A stretch of DNA of 64,000 nt, taken from NCBI GenBank assembly GCA_016748015.1, contig JAAOMT010000227.1:183239-247238 (forward strand). Direction: 5' to 3'. This document shows, piece after piece, positions 38,847-51,200 of the stretch. How positions within the stretch are numbered: position 1 is the first letter of the stretch; each line of letters starts with the position of its first letter. This DNA is from Geosiphon pyriformis uo1. Lineage: Eukaryota > Fungi > Glomeromycota. Below the pieces are notes generated by a model that was given only the letters and a program-made list of their open reading frames with translations, ran no database searches and had not been told where the DNA came from. The position numbers and the translations under genes are program-made.

Positions 38847-40229
38847 ATGAACATACAAAAATATTAACAATTGCAACATTATTTAAACACTCAACAGTTC
38901 AAGGAGAATTTATCTCAAACAGAACGAAAGAGTATCAAACAACAATCAAAATATATTATTACTCACCAAAATATACTTTATTAGAAAAATAAAAGGGATC
39001 CAAATCAACCAACCAGAGTAATTACAGAGCCAGAAAAAGAGACAATATTATTCAACATGCACTCAAATCCAACAGCAGGACATTTTCACAAAGAAACAAC
39101 CATGGAAAGAACTAGAAAGAGATACTATTGGCCATCAATGTACCCAGATATTATTCAATATGTTCAAAATTGTGATGCTTGTCAGCGAAGAGGAGAAACA
39201 AAACCCAGTGAACCATTAAGACCAATCAAAGTGGGACAACCATTTGACCATATTGGAATTGATTTAGTCGGACCATTAACAATTACCAGCAGAGGAAACA
39301 GATACATAGCAGTAGCCATGGACTATCTCACTAAATGGCCAAAGACGAAAGCAATTCAAAGAGTGGATGCAGAATCCATTGCTAAATTCATTCATCAGGA
39401 TTTGATTTGTCGACATAGATGTCTAAAAGAATTATTATCAGACCAAGGAACTTATTTTGTGAACAAAACATTAACAGAATTGAGCCAAAGATTCGGAATC
39501 AAGAGACTATTATCATTATCATACCATCCACAAATCAATGGATTAGTAGAAAGATTCAATAAAACACTGTGTGAAGCAATAGCTAAGCTCAGCCAAGAAA
39601 ACCAGAACAATTGGGATTTGTTTATACCATCAGTACTATTTGCTTATTAGACAATGAAACAAGATACTACACAAGCAACACCATTTGAATTAGTATATGG
39701 AAGAACAGCAATGTTACCAGTAGAGAGAGAAATTAATACATATCCAGTTGAACCAATAACAGAAGAGAATTTCAAAGATACATTGTTGAAAAAAACATAT
39801 GACTTAATGGAAACATTGGAAAACAACTAAAGAAGAGCAGCTGATAATATTCAAAAGTCACAAGAAAAACAGAAAAAAAGACACAATAATCAACTACCAG
39901 ACAAACCAGTTGAATTCAAGATTGGAGACAAAGTATTACTACATCGTACCAAAGCGGAAAAACAATGGAGTGGAAAATTTGACCCCAAATGGGACGGACC
40001 ATTTCACATAAAAGAAATTCTAGGAAATGGAGCTTACAAATTAAGACTGGATAACAAAATTTTAACCAAAGCAGCACATGGAGATTAACTGAAGCCATAT
40101 TATGACATTACACTACTATCTACCAGTAATATTCCACAATTAGGAGTACAGAGAATACTAGTCCGACCAGATGAGATTCCACGAGATCTAGAACCAATTG
40201 TTATTATCAACAACAACACGTTAAATTAA
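38847..40229 (+). pseudogene. Integrase ORF of element B (460 codons, own ATG)
   Basis: MNIQKY start; H-x5-GH...CDAC zinc finger; IGIDLVGP, LSDQG and NGLVERFN (DDE); WDGPFHI GPY/F module; no chromodomain seen. Confidence 0.9.
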
Positions 40230-40262
40230 TCAATCAAAAGAATATATAAAGACAGAGTAGAC

Positions 40263-40913
40263 ATGACAGAAAATATCAGAAAAATGGAAATTACAGACAA
40301 CATTCACACACTAGCACAACAACTCTTTCAATTAATCCAACACCAGGAAATGGAGATTACAATCAATCAACAAACCATTCGATATCAAAATACTAGAAAG
40401 ACATTGCAACTCAGAACACCAAAGAAAACTGAAAATACAGTAGACAAAATCATGGCAAAAGTAAAATTAGCAATAAAAGAATTGACAAAAGAGTCACTAT
40501 ATTAAGAGTTGACTAATAAAACTTGGAATTGGTGGATACAACAATTTCTATGAAACTATTGTTATTTTTACTTGGGACAACACATAAATATCCAGAATCT
40601 ATATACAGATAAAACAAAGCAATTATTCGACAAAAGAATACTACAACAATTAGAACATTTTGTGGGAAAAAACAACTTATCTACACAAGCCTGAGCCATA
40701 TACTGAATACACACCGCATTTCAGAATAAACCAGAAATATTGCTCAACAGAGCAATAGATATGGTTACCAGTAATCAATTGGGAAAAATCACCAATGCTC
40801 AATTTGAAGAATTACAGACCCAAATAACACAAGTAATTCTTGAAAACGAAATCCAGGAAATACTTTAAAAAGAGGAATTACATGAGTTGGATTTCGACAG
40901 AGCTCAATATTAA
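40263..40913 (+). pseudogene. ORF3 of unknown function, element B (about 216 aa)
   Basis: Single frame with point stops; homologous in A, C and D; ends DFDRAQY* at the PPT. Confidence 0.75.
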
Positions 40914-40926
40914 AAGAAGAGAATAA
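40912..40926 (+). promoter_or_regulatory. Polypurine tract of B
   Basis: AAAAGAAGAGAATAA before the 3' LTR. Confidence 0.8.
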
Positions 40927-41795
40927 TGTTACTCATAGAAATATAGGAAATATATTAGCATAATTATTAGCCAATCAGAAGTAAACATAGTAAAAGTGGA
41001 ATTCTAGGATTCCTCTCAGAAATTGCAGGATTCCAGAAATTTCAGAATTCCCCGATGAGGAATTGCAGGATTCCAGAATTCCAGGATTTCTTTCAAAGGA
41101 ATCGCAAGATTCCAGGAATTCCAGGATTCCTGTCATGAAGAATCGAAGAATTGAGGAATCTCAATTATGTATATATAATGGTAGTATTAGAAACAGAAAA
41201 AACAGAATCGATACCACAGAATCCTTAGCCAAGAAACAAAATCATTAAATAAATAATTATTCTATATCTCAATCCACTTTCCACTATCAACACTTTATGT
41301 TAATAGTAATTGATACTTAACCATACTGGAACAATAGCTCTTGATCATGGCTATTGACAGAATACTAATCTGCCAAACTGTCAGTACTTATTTTTTTTTT
41401 TTCTTTATTTTCTTTTATTTCTTCTCTTTATTTTTATTTGTTTTGATTGTTGTGTATACTAATTGATTAAAAGATTGAGCACTGAGTTATTGACATCAAG
41501 AATAGCCTGATAAAAGACCCAGAAATAAGGGTAGGATTTTATATATTATCGGATAGCTTACTAGAAGGGCACGACTACCAGACTAAATCTGGCCACCATG
41601 CTGAGAAAGAAATTGGAAAAACTCTTGGAAAGATATATCTACTATTGACACTATTGAATCTCTGTCCATTATACAAAGAACTCCATCAAAACCTTCAGAT
41701 ACAACACCTTCAGAACATCATCAACGGAAGTAGCTTTTGAGTACCAAGTTACAGGTTATTATTTACTTCAACAGCAGAAATAATTCTCTGTAACA
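40927..41795 (+). repeat. 3' LTR of element B
   Basis: Direct repeat of 31635-32503, followed by TSD CCAG. Confidence 0.96.
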
Positions 41796-43802
41796 CCAGA
41801 TTATTCCTAAGATGGTCTCAACCAACAGAATTGTAAGCCTTTCACATGTCCTGCAAAACCAGCCAGAGCTTACAGTTCTTCTCTATGGCATTTTCAATTA
41901 TTGAACCAACTGCAAAAATGGGGGACTGAGTCGTAGTGCCCTTTAAAACTGAAAAATTGTCACCATGAAGAATGTTATGCTTGCTGCATACAAGTGAAAT
42001 CTTGTCAGAAAGAATCTTGGATAGAATTTTGCGAGCTGTCTTAATTAGAGCAATAGGACAAGTGTTAGTGAACACACTTTCTCATTCATAAGGCTTTGGA
42101 ATCATCAACACCCAAGCCTCTTTTCAAGCACCAAGAACAGATTCATTAGAAATACAAGAATTGATGAGCACCAAGAGCATATCAAGAGCCGAACTGTCAT
42201 AATGCTTCCAGAATTTGTTGGAAATGTTTGAGAGGCCAACAGCCTTCCCATCAGGCAGATTTGAGACCACACCAAATAATTCAACAAAATTAACACAGTC
42301 CATAATATTAACAAAGGCACCATCAAAAACATGTTCCAAAGACTGATACTGACAGGACCAATCCTCAGGCACATCAAGAACCACACCTTGCTTTCGTGTC
42401 CAACCCTCTATTATCTCATCTACTTTAATCTTAACAAGATCAGGCTCCAAGAACAACTCCTTACCCACCACCAAATGATCTAAAATGACTTTGCGAAAGG
42501 GACATTCCAAGACACTTCTAATAGTGTGACCTTTGTCAGACCCAAAGTTCTCTATCCTTCTATTGATAGCAGATCTGATACAAGATTTCTCAGCACGTTT
42601 TGAATCTAATAACTTGGCAGCATGATAAAATTTCCTGATCTTCAAAAGAACAGACTGTATATCATTTAATGGGGAGCCAGAGCAAAACAAAGATCCTACC
42701 AACAAAGCATTAACTGAGTCAAGCCAAATCCAAGTATCTAACAGCAAAGTAAACTCATCACAATTAATCAACTGGGAAGCTTTAACCAATTTAGACACCA
42801 GGAGCTCCAATCTATGAAACCTAGATGAGGTTTTGGTAAAGACACCATCATATTCCTTAAACCATTTTTTTTTGAAAACTACATTCGCCAAAAAACACAA
42901 GGTTTTGCGAATAGCATCCCACATAGCATCCAAATTCGAACACCTTTTGACATCCAAGAACTCATCAGAGAACATGGCAGCATTAGCCACTATCTCTTCC
43001 TAAAACTTTGACTACAAAGCACCACCAGCATTATTATAATTGTATTTCCAACAATCCTTATTGGCCTATTTGCGAATAAAACACAAATGAGTGTCCAAGA
43101 GACCACCCAAACCAACTGACACAGAAACAGCTTGGTGATTAGTATCAAAGAACTCAACCACATTCAGAATATTGCAATCCAAAATAGCATTGACCAAATT
43201 AGGAGACACAAAAAGAAAATCAATAGTTTTTGTTACACCCTGAGAATTACTCCATGTTGGAACTTTTAAAAGTGGACTGCCAACAAGAGAGTTAACCAGA
43301 CCTAAGTTACCACACTTTTTGAAACTGGCACTTCTACGCAAACCATCTTCATTGAAGTCACCTCTTAAAATTAAGAAGGAAGATTCATTTACAGCTTTAG
43401 CAATTAATACATTTACATCATCGGCCTGAGAGAAGCATACTGAAACTGATGTGCCAGCATACAAACCCAAGATAGAAACCGAGAGCTTATTCTTAAAAAG
43501 TAACTTGACAGAAATAAGACAACCAGGGACTTCGGAGACTTTACACACATGCTTGGCCAGAGCATTGTCCATAATGATAGCCACACCTGAACCAAGATAA
43601 CCTAAATCTGAACCAGAAATAAAAACCCTAACACCAGCAAACTTATTAGCAATCCACAGACAAACTTTACTCTTTAACTTTGTCTCTATAATTATTGAAA
43701 CCATATTGTTCATGCTCATATGCCAACAAATAACGTCGGCTTACTTAAAAAGATTATTTATTCTTCTAACATTGCACATAGCTATTTTCCACACAAAACT
43801 GC

Positions 43803-45601
43803 TCATTGAGAAGAGGATAAAAGAGATGCAACACCAGTTGAACTCAAACCATCCAAATGAGCTGTGAGGCTCATCACTGAAGCAGAAAGTCCTGCAAAAA
43901 TAGATTCCAATTTTTTCACTCCAAGAGAGACAGACAAATCAGGCTTCGGAGCAGCCTTACCACTAGTGGTCTCACTTGAACCCTCTCCTATCACTACATC
44001 ATCCACATAATCCTGTAATGGGGGAATCACCGGTGGCTGACATCCAGGGCTAGGCTGGGAAACCACCAGCCTAAGTGAATCTAACCTCTAAGCCAACTCA
44101 CCAATTTGTTCTGCAAGGCTAGTGAGACTGTTTTCAATATTCTTCAAACAGTTTTCCAATTCACCATTAACAGTCGGGAGAGGTTTACCATAAGATATGG
44201 AACCAGATTGAGCTGAACCACCAAAAAACACTATTGGGAGTGGTTTACCAACCACGGAGGCCCAAGTTTTTCTACTGAAAGCCAAAGGACGAGAAACAGA
44301 GGCAGATTTTTTTTCATATATCTTTGCCAGATGGAACTGATTCTAAGCTGAAAGAGAAGCTTTCTTGCTTCTAGGACTTGAGGACACACCAGCAGTATGA
44401 CAAATGAGAGAAGTATGACCAGAATTTTTGCAAATCGAGCACAGTGCAGCAGTTAAACAAGACCATCAGAGACCAACACCTTTTATAACAGAAGTGTTTG
44501 CCATTGTCTGAATAAGGCTACCCTCAGAATCAAAGCACACAATGGCACAGCATGTCTAGACATAACTGACAGAACTGTGTTCAATAACACATGTTTTCCC
44601 ACCGACTAAACCAATGAAGTCTCAAAGATTATAAGCATTGGTGCCCATGAGAAGAGTATAAAGCAAAGCTCTAAACTCATCTCTGGCATCCCACGTTTGT
44701 TTGTCAACATCAGCCTGGGCCACACGCACCACATCTTTCCCAATAAAGATAGACCACTCAGCTGCCAAGAGATCAGCCTAATTTTGATTCTTCAATTCGA
44801 TGATCACTTTTTGCCATAAATTTACCAACTGCATCTTGATCGACTTAATAAACCCAAATTCAGAAATGGCTGCACGCACTGCTTCAATAGAAGTTCTCAC
44901 AAGAATTTCTTTCAACACAATTGCCTGATTTATACAATTGTTAATGGGGCACTTAAGATTAGTATTTATCACAACACTACAATCATTTGCCAATTGTGCA
45001 GCTGCCATCATTGCCTTTTCAGAAGTAAAAGATGTCCGGATGATTCCACCAAATTTTAAGAGATAGAGGCCCTCCCAAAACCATTTACACCTGAAAAGAT
45101 TTTTTTGACAAAATTGACTTTTTTCTGAGAGGATTTTCCAGCCACTGCTACAAGATCAATATCTAAAGCAAAGGATTTGTAAACAGGCACTTAAACGGAT
45201 GGTTTGATTGGAAGAGAGGGTGGAAGAAAAAAAAAATCATCCAACATATCATCTTCTGCATTGACAGTATCATAATCAATCATACCCAGTGGCTTTCCTA
45301 ACACTTTTTTGGTCTTTACATGCAAACCCTTTGGTGTTTGATCAGGATCCTCTCCCGTGAAAGTACCATTATCATCATAGTCTATACTGGTTTCTTCAAC
45401 CAAGCATTCTTCCTCTATGTTAATACTCTCAGATTCCGTAGTGTCACCAGTCTCAGAACCTCATGAACAAGCACCAAGAGCTTTGGCAGCAACCTCTTTA
45501 TTATCAATATTCTCTTTCAACACACCTCTCTTCCTCTTCTTCCTTGATGCAACAGTCTTGAAACCACCCTCAGAACCAGAAGCTTTAATGGTCTTCTTCA
45601 T
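43803..45601 (-). pseudogene. LINE2 ORF1 (RRM-like region plus CCHC knuckle)
   Basis: Starts MKKTIKASGSEGG; perfect CX2CX4HX4C (CSICKNSGHTSLIC); its stop overlaps the ORF2 start (ATGA, 43803-43806). Confidence 0.85.
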
Positions 45602-46154
45602 AACAGCAATAACAAAGCCAACAGTGGCTTCGTAATCAAAAAATGGTTTTAATTTATCGTACTAAATGGTAAAAAACTTCTTTCGAAAAAACTTTAGACT
45701 CTTTTTTGGGAATTTTGGACGAAAAAGTGAAAGAAAGTTTGTTGTTAAATTTTAATAAAAAAAAAATTTTATTTAGATGATTTTTTGTTAATTTTTAACT
45801 TATAAAATAATAAATATTTACAATTATATTATTGTTTTTTTGTTTATTATTATACTATTAAATAAGTATTATTTAAATATAAAATTTTATAATTTTTAAA
45901 TATATTATTATTTTAAAATAATAATAACAAATAATACTATAAAATATGTTGAAAATATATATAAAGTTTTTAAATATTTTTTTATTAATTTTAAAAGAAG
46001 TTATTTGATATTATATAAATTTTTAACAAATTTATTTGTTATATTAGTATTAAAATTTTAAAAATATTAAAATATTAAACTTATTCAAATAATTTTAAAT
46101 ATTTATATTAAATTTATAATTTTTTAAAAATAAAATTAATAATTAAAATAATAC

Positions 46155-47020
46155 TATTACTTATAAAAAAAGAATACAAAAAAGAAATAAAAAAACAGAT
46201 TATAAGAATAAACCAATAAAAAAATAGTATTTAATATGTAAACATATTTTCAAGAATATGTACATTCACAAAAAATAAACATATTTTTAAAAAATTATAA
46301 CACATTGCTTAGAAATAAACACAGTTTTAGAAAGTAATATAAAAAAAAATAGGAATATATAAGCTTTTATATAACAAAAAATAGATATATATAGCAGTAG
46401 TATCAAAAATGAAAAAAAGCAGACAAATTTAGATTTAGACAAGTTCTTAATTAATTAACAATAAATATTTATAACATATCTTTTCCTTTAAAAAATAGTT
46501 TTATATATCTTAAAATAAAATTATCCAAATATTAAATAAAATCATTGTTTTATCATCTAATTTATATTATTTTTTTATTAGATTAAAATTATTATTTTTT
46601 GATTAACAACTTATGCTAATAATATCTGTTACTTAATTATATAACAATAATTTTTAATTATAGCTATTAATGAGATATTAATTTTTTTTTTTGTTTTTTT
46701 TGTTTTTGTGTTATATACTAATTAATTAAAAAATTAAGTACTAAAATATTGACATCAAAAATAGCTTAGTAAAAGATCTGTAAAACAAGAGTAAAAACTT
46801 AAGAATAGCTTACTAAAAAAGCATAATTGTTAAATTAAACCAGTCTTTATATTGAAAAAAAAATTTGAAAAAACAACTATTAAGTAAATTTCTGTCTATT
46901 ATATAAAAAACTCAAAATCTTTAGATTTAAAAACCTTCAGAATTACCAACAATATTAGTTATTAAGCATCAAGTTATAAGTTTGTTATTTATTTTAACAC
47001 CCAAATAATTACCTATAATA
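46155..47020 (+). repeat. 5' LTR of element E
   Basis: Decayed termini (TATTAC...TATAATA); the 3' half aligns with the A/B LTRs. Confidence 0.7.
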
Positions 47021-47493
47021 TTTAGTGCTTTTTGTAAAATATAATCTAATAAAGAATAAGTATTAGTATTAACCATTTTAAAAAGTGACAAACTCAAAAG
47101 TTATAAGAGCAAATCATTTGGGATTTGCAAAATTTTTATTTTAACAATATTAACAATAGTTAAGATTAATCAATAATTATTTCTTAGCCAAATTAGTTTT
47201 CAATTTTTATGTTAATGAAAAGATTATATATTTTTTAAAAAGACAAACAAATTCTGAATTAATAAAAGAAAATTTTTATAATAAATTACTTTAACATACT
47301 AACTTACTACAAAATTATAATTTTGCTCTAATTATTATTAAAATAAATTACAAAATTGAAAGATATACTTAATAAAAGTTTTTATATTTGTGAATAAAGA
47401 CAAAAACAAAATAAAAATACCAACAAGTACACCTAAACCAATACAATTACATAATTAGAAAAAATCCAGAATCATTTTTCTATTACATACTAT

Positions 47494-48144
47494 TGTTATA
47501 ATTAAAACTCATAGTTTTTATTAGTAACAATATATATTAGTCACTAATATTATATAATTAGCCATTTTATTTTTAAATAATAATTATTGACTTGATCATT
47601 GACCATTTTTAATAGCTATATAAGTAATAAGTTTTTTAAATATAGAAAAACATATAACAATAAATATAACAATTAATTAAGAATAAATAAAATAACAACT
47701 ATTATTTTAATTCTTCTCTTATTACTTATTCTTTTTTTTTTATCTTCAAGTATATAAACATCTTAAAATAAAAAATTACTTGTTAGTATTTATCTACTTT
47801 TTTTCTGACTTATATAATTGTAGTATTTGAAAATTATTGAATAAAATATAACTAAAAAGTATATTTAATATCTGATATCAAATTTTAAGAATGCCAATAT
47901 AAAACATAGAATTATATTAGTGTGTTATTATTTGTTAATAATATGAACTATTCTTCTATCTTCAAATTTTTCAGTTATTTTTTAAAAAAAATAACAACTA
48001 AAATATTTTATGAGACTGATCTTACATATTAAATCTATACTCATTCAATTTGCTTCTTGAAATTGAATCCTCTTTGATTAATTTTATCATCCTACAATTT
48101 TGTTTTTTTTACTATCTATTGGCTTATTATTCCAGTTTGTAACA
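47494..48144 (+). repeat. 5' LTR of element C
   Basis: TGTTATA...TGTAACA; direct repeat of 54439-55087. Confidence 0.9.
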
Positions 48145-48259
48145 TAAAAGTAGTGTTTTCTGTAAGATTGTTAAATATTAATTTGTTTTTTATTGTATAA
48201 GTAATTATTCATACTTGTTATAATAATCAAAAGAATATTTTGCAGTACACAACAAAAAT

Positions 48260-51200
48260 GACTTAAATTTTATTGAAATCAATTCTTTGTTCTCTTGCTT
48301 GATCTGTTTTTCTGTTAAAAAACAATCTAGTAGACAATTCTAAAATTTTTGGAATTGGTTTCTAAACAAACATTCAGCTAAAACTTATACTGTCTATACA
48401 ATCTGTTTTTTTGATCAAGCTTACTTTGAAGAAGCCTTTAAAGAAAAAAATAACAATATCAATCAGCTTTTATATTCAACAATCTTTAAATAACAACTCT
48501 CTGATTTTGAATATTTGAATTACTAAATTTACATCTGGATTGCTACTTATCAGTTAGCTAAAACTCCCTTTAAAACAAAAGAAGAAAGTTATTAAACTGC
48601 TTTTATTTTTGATTTTTTTTAAGTAAATAAAACTCTTTTATTTAAATAGCTACTCTTGAATCAATAGCTGTTAACTCCATATAAGCAAACATTCTGGCTG
48701 TTCTTCAAAATTTACAAATTGCTTTAGGGTGAAAAAACAATACTCTATTATTATTATTTAAAACAATACACAAAATTCAATTAAATAGTTGAATAACTTT
48801 AAGAAAGCTATTACAACCAACCAATATAATGATAAGTACAAGTTTTAAATCATTGGTGGCTATTTTCAAGGTTCTTTTATTATCTGGTTTTTACAAAAAA
48901 CTGATGCTAATATCTTTTAAAAAATTATTAGATGAACACTAACCAATACTAAAGAAACAAATATTTCTTTTATTATCCAGTTTGAAACCAAATTTAGAAT
49001 TCCAATCTTAATATTCAAATAGCATATAGAACTATAAAAAAAAACTCAAGATCCTAGTAAAGTTGTAATTAAATATGCCAAAACAATTAGAAAATTAATT
49101 AAATAAGTAGATTTTAAAAAAAACTAAACAAAAAGCAAAAGATTTATTTTTTTACAAAAAAATTGAAAACTGATTTTTTATATGCTCTTTGGTTTTTTTT
49201 GGTCTTGATAAATAATCTCACAATAGATATAACCATTAAGCTTGCACAAAAAATTAAAGACAATCAAAAAATACACTTAGGATTTACACTTTTAGTTTTC
49301 ACTTCTGCTCTTATTTTGGCTTCTGTTTTTTAAATAACTGCTATTTTTTTCACTGTCCAAATCCAAAATTCTAATAAACAATTAATAGATAGACTTACAG
49401 CCAATCTTGCTTAATTATTGGAACTCTTAGCCCAAGCAGTTAAAAAAAATTAACAACTTTAAAGATCTAGATTTGAATTCTGTTTTAATTAACCTTAGCA
49501 ACCACTTTATCAAAAACAGCAAAATTGTGGCCCACTTTTATGTTATTACTATAGACTAATTGAATATTTTTCAAAAAATTACAATGATTCTTCCTTGCAT
49601 TCTTCAGTTTCTAAAAACAATAAAACTCAAAACAACAAACTCAACAACAATAATGTCTCTAATTAAAGATTTAATTAGACCAACATCAATTTTTTTAAAA
49701 AGAATTTCTTAGTTAAAGCCACTATTTATTAGCTTTTAAACTAGTAAGTACACTTCAAAAGAGTAAAAATATAAGCCAATCAGAAGAAAACCTCTTTTAT
49801 GTCTTTAACTTAATTAATAATAATCATAATATAAATAAACTGACTATTAACTTCTTTAACTTAACAAAAAAAAATAAAGATTGATTTTGTCTTAGATTTT
49901 AATAAAGCTTTCATATTAACTGTTAATAATAATAAACTACCAAAAGCAAAAATTTTCAAAAATTTTTCAAAGCTAAGACTTTCAGAAATTGTACAAAAAT
50001 CTGGTTCCTATTTTGTTGTCAAAAATTTTATAGAAACACCAGTTTATATTATCTTTGGCCAGTTAATAACCCATCTGCAGTTCAGAAAAAATCTTTGCAA
50101 ATCCTTAATCTTAAAAAAAAAACACCAAAAACCAACAAATGTTTTCATCAAGCTAGATTTGTTAACAACAGCAATGCTATATCCCTAATTTACAAAGCCC
50201 AAGTGGCTGAATATTTTATTGACTTGATTCTAGACAGTAGATTATTTGTTAGTGTTATTGCCAAACACTTTCTTGAAATTATTGGCAAAAAGATAAATGA
50301 ATTTTTAACCAAATCTATAACTAATATACATGGTAACAAAAAAAGACTTGGTATTACTAATGCTGTTTCTGTTTGCATTAATAACATTAGCATTAAAACT
50401 AATATAGAAGTATCTGAAACAAAAAAATACACTATAATTGTTGGTAATAAATGGCTTAAAAAAGCAAAAGCTTTGCTTGATTATAAATTTTATAAACTAA
50501 TTATTAGATATAATAAAAAACTTATTATAGTTAAGTATTACTATTGGACAATTTCTTTAATACCCAAGCAGAACCAAAAAAAAAATAATTAGATAAATTA
50601 GATGATAAAAAAAGCAATGAAAAAAAAAAATAAAAAGAACAAAAAAAAGCTACTAAACTCACTTATACTACTTTTACCAGCAATGACAAGTTACTAAATA
50701 ATATTAAAACTGACAAAAAAAATATTATTGTAAATAGCAAACTAATTTGTTAGTCTTATTATAACATGTTTAGAAAAATTTTTGACAGAAAGTTTGATAA
50801 GAAAGCCAAATACAATTATTGGTAATATGGTCCTTGCATTCAGTATTGGTGTGACAAACCCTTGTATTCTTTTAGCAATAAATTTATATCCTGTCTAATC
50901 TATTACAAAGATTAGAAATTTATTAACTTGATACTTAGAAAAAAAAATAAAAAAAGTACAGAAGTCTTTTGAAAATAAATTACTATAAATACAGTTACTA
51001 ATAGTAGAACAAAAAAACTCTCTTTTAAAGAAAAAAAAATTGATATTAAAAATCTGCTGGCTAAAAACAGCTTAGTTATTTTAAAAGAAAGTAATACTCC
51101 TAAACATATCCATATAATAAAACATATTATTACCATTAGAAAAACTCACATTATTCATTTAACGTCTTATTAATCTAATTACTACAATAATAAATTCATC

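Larger units (their letters stand above)
31635..41795 (+). mobile_element. Ty3/Gypsy LTR retrotransposon B (complete, 10161 bp, least decayed copy)
   Basis: 869-bp LTR pair, TGTTAC...GTAACA termini, TSD CCAG (31631-31634, 41796-41799), PBS, PPT. Confidence 0.97.
28952..43806 (-). pseudogene. LINE2 ORF2 (APE-RT-RNase H-CCHC), split by element B
   Basis: ETKL, GDFN, IDFLF (APE); FMDDTIW (RT); FTDSS and KVKEHSGVVGNEQTD (RNase H); CLFCGE...DHVFSC. Confidence 0.9.
28829..45741 (-). mobile_element. LINE2: full-length non-LTR retrotransposon (about 6.75 kb net), interrupted by Gypsy B
   Basis: 12-bp TSD TTGTTAAATTTT (28817-28828, 45742-45753), poly-A tail, ORF1 and ORF2; the RT frame is restored across the B insertion (...DHLRNNLVRIKICSKF). 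Confidence 0.93.

Noticed and set aside
38765-38992. Alternative-frame ORF across the RH-IN junction, open in both A (9675-9932) and B
   Set aside because: It is a shadow frame of A-rich coding sequence; the conserved integrase residues are in the other frame and no equivalent appears in the C/D ORF track.
40263-40913. ORF3 as a retroviral-like env gene
   Set aside because: It is too short, with no signal peptide, cleavage site or transmembrane anchor visible.
45760-46150. Extremely AT-rich tract as an origin or centromere-like element (also 14590-14880)
   Set aside because: No periodicity or motif is evident; it is best explained as end-stage C>T decay of old repeats.
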